Below, piece after piece: positions 60,847 to 64,000 of a DNA stretch of 64,000 nucleotides; positions within the stretch are counted from its first letter, which is position 1, and every line of letters starts with the position of its first letter. The position numbers and the translations under genes were made by a program. The notes under the pieces were generated by a model. It made no database searches, had not been told where the DNA came from, and worked only from the letters and a program-made list of their open reading frames with translations. Source of the DNA: Nemertoderma westbladi (lineage: Eukaryota; Animalia; Xenacoelomorpha); the NCBI GenBank assembly GCA_032718475.1, contig JAUCBJ010006900.1, positions 71,186 through 135,185 of the forward strand, given 5' to 3'.

Positions 60847-62759
60847 TGTAAAGGCTTTTGCGGATCTAGCGGACATAAAAAGCCGTTTTCTTACTGTTTA
60901 GATGTTTTAGTGGACATAAAAAGCCATTTTTCTGTATGTGTACTTTAGGGGACATAACAAGCCGTTTTATGCCGCGATGCGCCAAAATACTCTTAACCCT
61001 TTGAGCCCTAAGGACGTATATATACGTCCTCAACAGTGTCCTAAGGACGTATATATACGTCCTGGTGTTAATTGCTGCCAATGGGGATGATTCAAGTTTA
61101 GGTTATTCTAGCAGTGTTTATCCATCGCTTAGGACACTATACTACTTGTACATACTTGTACTATACTAGTACTATACACTATACTACACTTCTTGTATTC
61201 TTCATATTGGTGAATTACGTAATTGTATTTCGTAAATAGAATAATGGGTATGATGATTGTTCCTGTACTAGCATCCTGGTGGATTATTGTGGTAATTCTG
61301 CAATAATGAAGCTATATTGCATTTTAGTATTACAATACTTATTCATTTATATTTATCATTCATTCACAGTTTAGGGCTCCAGGGCTCTGCCTTGATATAT
61401 GCTTTGCAGATTATCATAAATAAGTCATATAGATTATACCGGTACCATAAATAGACCATGGAATGTAATAATATATATGATATAGTTCAGAAAAATAAAT
61501 ATTTTTTTCATTTTTTAATTTTCAAAATTTTTTTTTTAAATTAAAAAAAATTTTAATTAAATTTTTTTTTTAATTTTTAAAAATTTAATTTTTTTAAATT
61601 AAAAAAATATGAAGAATATCAATCATGACACCTTTTAAGATAAAAGTCAAATCATTTTAAAAATGTGTCATGATTTCTAGATGATTGGCATTGCCGTAAA
61701 CGTTTGCTTAATTTTTAGGTTCTGGGGGGCTATTTAAAAAAGGGCCTAGTAACCAAAGGGTTAATACAGTGTAGTTCAGATGACGACATCTATCAGCTGA
61801 TATGTCGATGTGGAGCTTTTTGGCTTGTTTTGTTCAGCTCACTCGACCAATCAGAGCGATTTTCATTTTATCTTGTACAGAAGCCTACGGAAGATCGCGC
61901 AATGCATTATGGTCTTTGTTTACCTTTTTCCTGAGCCCAGAACATCGGCTTTGGAATTATTCTGTGTTTCAGACTTTAGCAAAACATTAGAACGGCTTTG
62001 ATCATAGAAACGTATAACTGTTATCATAATTCACACATAATTCATAACGAATCATATCATACTATACATACCTTTCACCTTATTATTTTACTGCTATTTA
62101 CTGTCGGTTATTAATTGTTATCAGTTGATGGATATGTCATTATATTTGGAGAATATCGATAAATGATCATAAAACCCCAATCTTCTTGATATACTGAAGG
62201 TTAGAGAGACCGGTTACATATAGCAATTGCGACTTACATTATAGTGGTTTTGGAGTGAATTGAATGCTATTTCATAGACCCTACATGTGTCGGTTGCTAT
62301 TCTCCTTATATATGATCAAATTTAGTGAAGGTCGGCAGATCAGTGTGCAGCAGTGTGCGGTAGTGTGCATGAGTGTGACAGATAACAAAGCATTTCCTAA
62401 AGAATGCGCTTTATACGAAAATCATTAGCCATCCCGTTGTGTTTAGTGTAAGTCATAACTCTGTTTACATACTTAGAGCGCCACGTCCTAAAGGAACTGT
62501 TAATATTTCCCGAAAGTGAATAATGTTTGTCAGAGATTATAACGATCAATCGAATAATACAGTAAGTCTACACCGCAATAAGGTCAGAGCATCCGAATCC
62601 AGTCTCCCTTAACCGTGGGTGAATGGTCGCGCATAGGCTGGCTTCGGCTAATGTAGCTTTATGTATATCAAATACTTGTTATAGGCTAAAGTCGATTTAT
62701 AACCTAGAAGACACCTAAAATTGGCAGGTTAAACTGCTAAAGGTCTAAAAGCGCGAATA
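60847..62759 (+). repeat. 3' LTR of element B (contains a piggyBac-type MITE; terminal CA changed to TA)
   Basis: Direct repeat of 22819-24003. Confidence 0.92.
60997..61760. mobile_element. piggyBac-type non-autonomous element
   Basis: TTAA TSD at 60993-60996 and 61761-61764; CCCTTTG/CAAAGGG ends; the 5' LTR has the empty TTAA site at ~23005. Confidence 0.88.
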
Positions 62760-62764
62760 GTTGT

Positions 62765-64000
62765 ATCCAAGCGCCCCGCCCCCCTTTCGTGACAGCTCTG
62801 ATTACTAATTACTCTTACCTATATCCAGCCGTCTGCAGTTCCATAGTCTGCCGCTAGAGGGCGTATGATCTGAAAATTAACATCTTCTCTAACTTTGCTA
62901 TTTTCATTCCGAATAGGTTTAAACTCGGTAGGCATCTACTACGGCATAGGTCATATCTTTTGCGGAGTCATAGAGTAGTCTGAAGTTCCCCTGTCTGCCG
63001 ATAGAGGGCGTAATATTTGAAAATTCTCTAGCTTTGTTATTTACAATCCGCAAAACTATGAAGTTATATTGCTTGAGTTCTAAGGGGCGAGCCATGAGGC
63101 AAGATGTTTGAGGCTTATTTAGATATATTATTACTTAATTTTGACCCTCCAATCGGCATCTACTACGGCATAGGCCATATCTTTTGCGGAGTCATAGAGT
63201 AGTCTGAAGTTCCCCTGTCTGCCGCTAGAGGGCGTATTATTTAAAAATTAACATCTTCTCTAGCTTTGTTATTTACAATCCGCAAAACTATGAAGTTATA
63301 TTGCTTAAGAGTTCTAAGGGGCGAGCCATGAGGCAAGATGTTTGAGGCTTATTTTGATATATTATTACTTAATTTTGACCCCCCAATCGGCATCTACTAC
63401 GGCATAGGCCATATCTTTTGCGGAGTCATAGAGTAGTCTGAAGTTCCCCTGTCTGCCGCTAGAGGGCGTATTATTTGAAAATTAACATCTTCTCTAGCTT
63501 TGTTATTTACAATCCGCAAAACTATGAAGTTATATTGCTTAAGAGTTCTAAGGGGCGAGCCATGAGGCAAGATGTTTGAGGTTTATTTAGATATATTATT
63601 ACTTAATTTTGACCCCTCAATCGGTATCTATTTCAATATGGGCTATATTTTTTGCGGAGTTACAGAGTAGTCTGAAGTTCCCCAGTCTGCCGCTAGAGGG
63701 CGAAATGTCTCAAAGTGAAAACCATATGGTAGCCATGAATTGGTTACTAGGCAATAATACTGCATTTTGCAACGTTAGGCCTATTGCTGACCGAACGAAA
63801 ACTGCCCTGGTTCATGCAGGGATCGAACCCATGACAAACGGGAGATGTGAATTCAATGCAACCACTACACCAAGGTGGAACAGTAACCATCGAATTTGTT
63901 CGTTAACGTTCGAATTTGTAAGACTCTCATTTAAGACCTGACACAGACTATGCCTCACTGAGGCACTGAGGCATAGACTATGCCTCACTGAGGCACTGAG
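62765..64000 (+). mobile_element. Continuation of the outer Polinton-like copy (runs off the window)
   Basis: 63520-64000 matches 46625-47100, including the start of the palindromic array. Confidence 0.7.
62830..63710 (+). repeat. ~234-bp tandem repeat with TCTGCCGCTAGAGGGCG; a shorter version lies at 46390-46810
   Basis: GCTTTGTTATTTACAATCCG recurs at 63031, 63263 and 63497. Confidence 0.88.

Larger units (their letters stand above)
22819..62759 (+). mobile_element. BEL/Pao LTR retrotransposon B, full length but decayed, hosting four nested insertions
   Basis: LTRs at 22819-24003 and 60847-62759; 5-bp TSD GTTGT at 22814-22818 and 62760-62764; gag-pol fragments at 39912-55690. Confidence 0.93.

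Overview
Eukaryotic (probably invertebrate animal) transposon-dense region with no recognisable host gene, built from nested insertions. In order: the 3' half of a BEL/Pao LTR retrotransposon (A, 1-6407); a decayed relic of a second BEL family (to ~8668); a CRE-like non-LTR element; a short-LTR Gypsy element (13151-18060, minus strand); a Helentron/DINE-like satellite element; and a full-length decayed BEL element B (22819-62759, TSD GTTGT). B hosts a young BEL element C (25400-39376, TSD CAAAC), a 7.8-kb non-coding fold-back element with Polinton/Maverick-type ends (42309-50132, AGTAGT...ACTACT, TSD TACAGA) and two MITEs. Main highlights: (1) both BEL families carry, downstream of integrase, a homologous accessory gene resembling a WRN/Mut-7-type DEDDy 3'-5' exonuclease plus three zinc knuckles; (2) the Polinton-like element looks like a copy-back derivative with ~3-kb inverted arms; (3) neither complete BEL element shows a canonical tRNA primer-binding site. 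All calls come from reading motifs by eye; no database searches were run.
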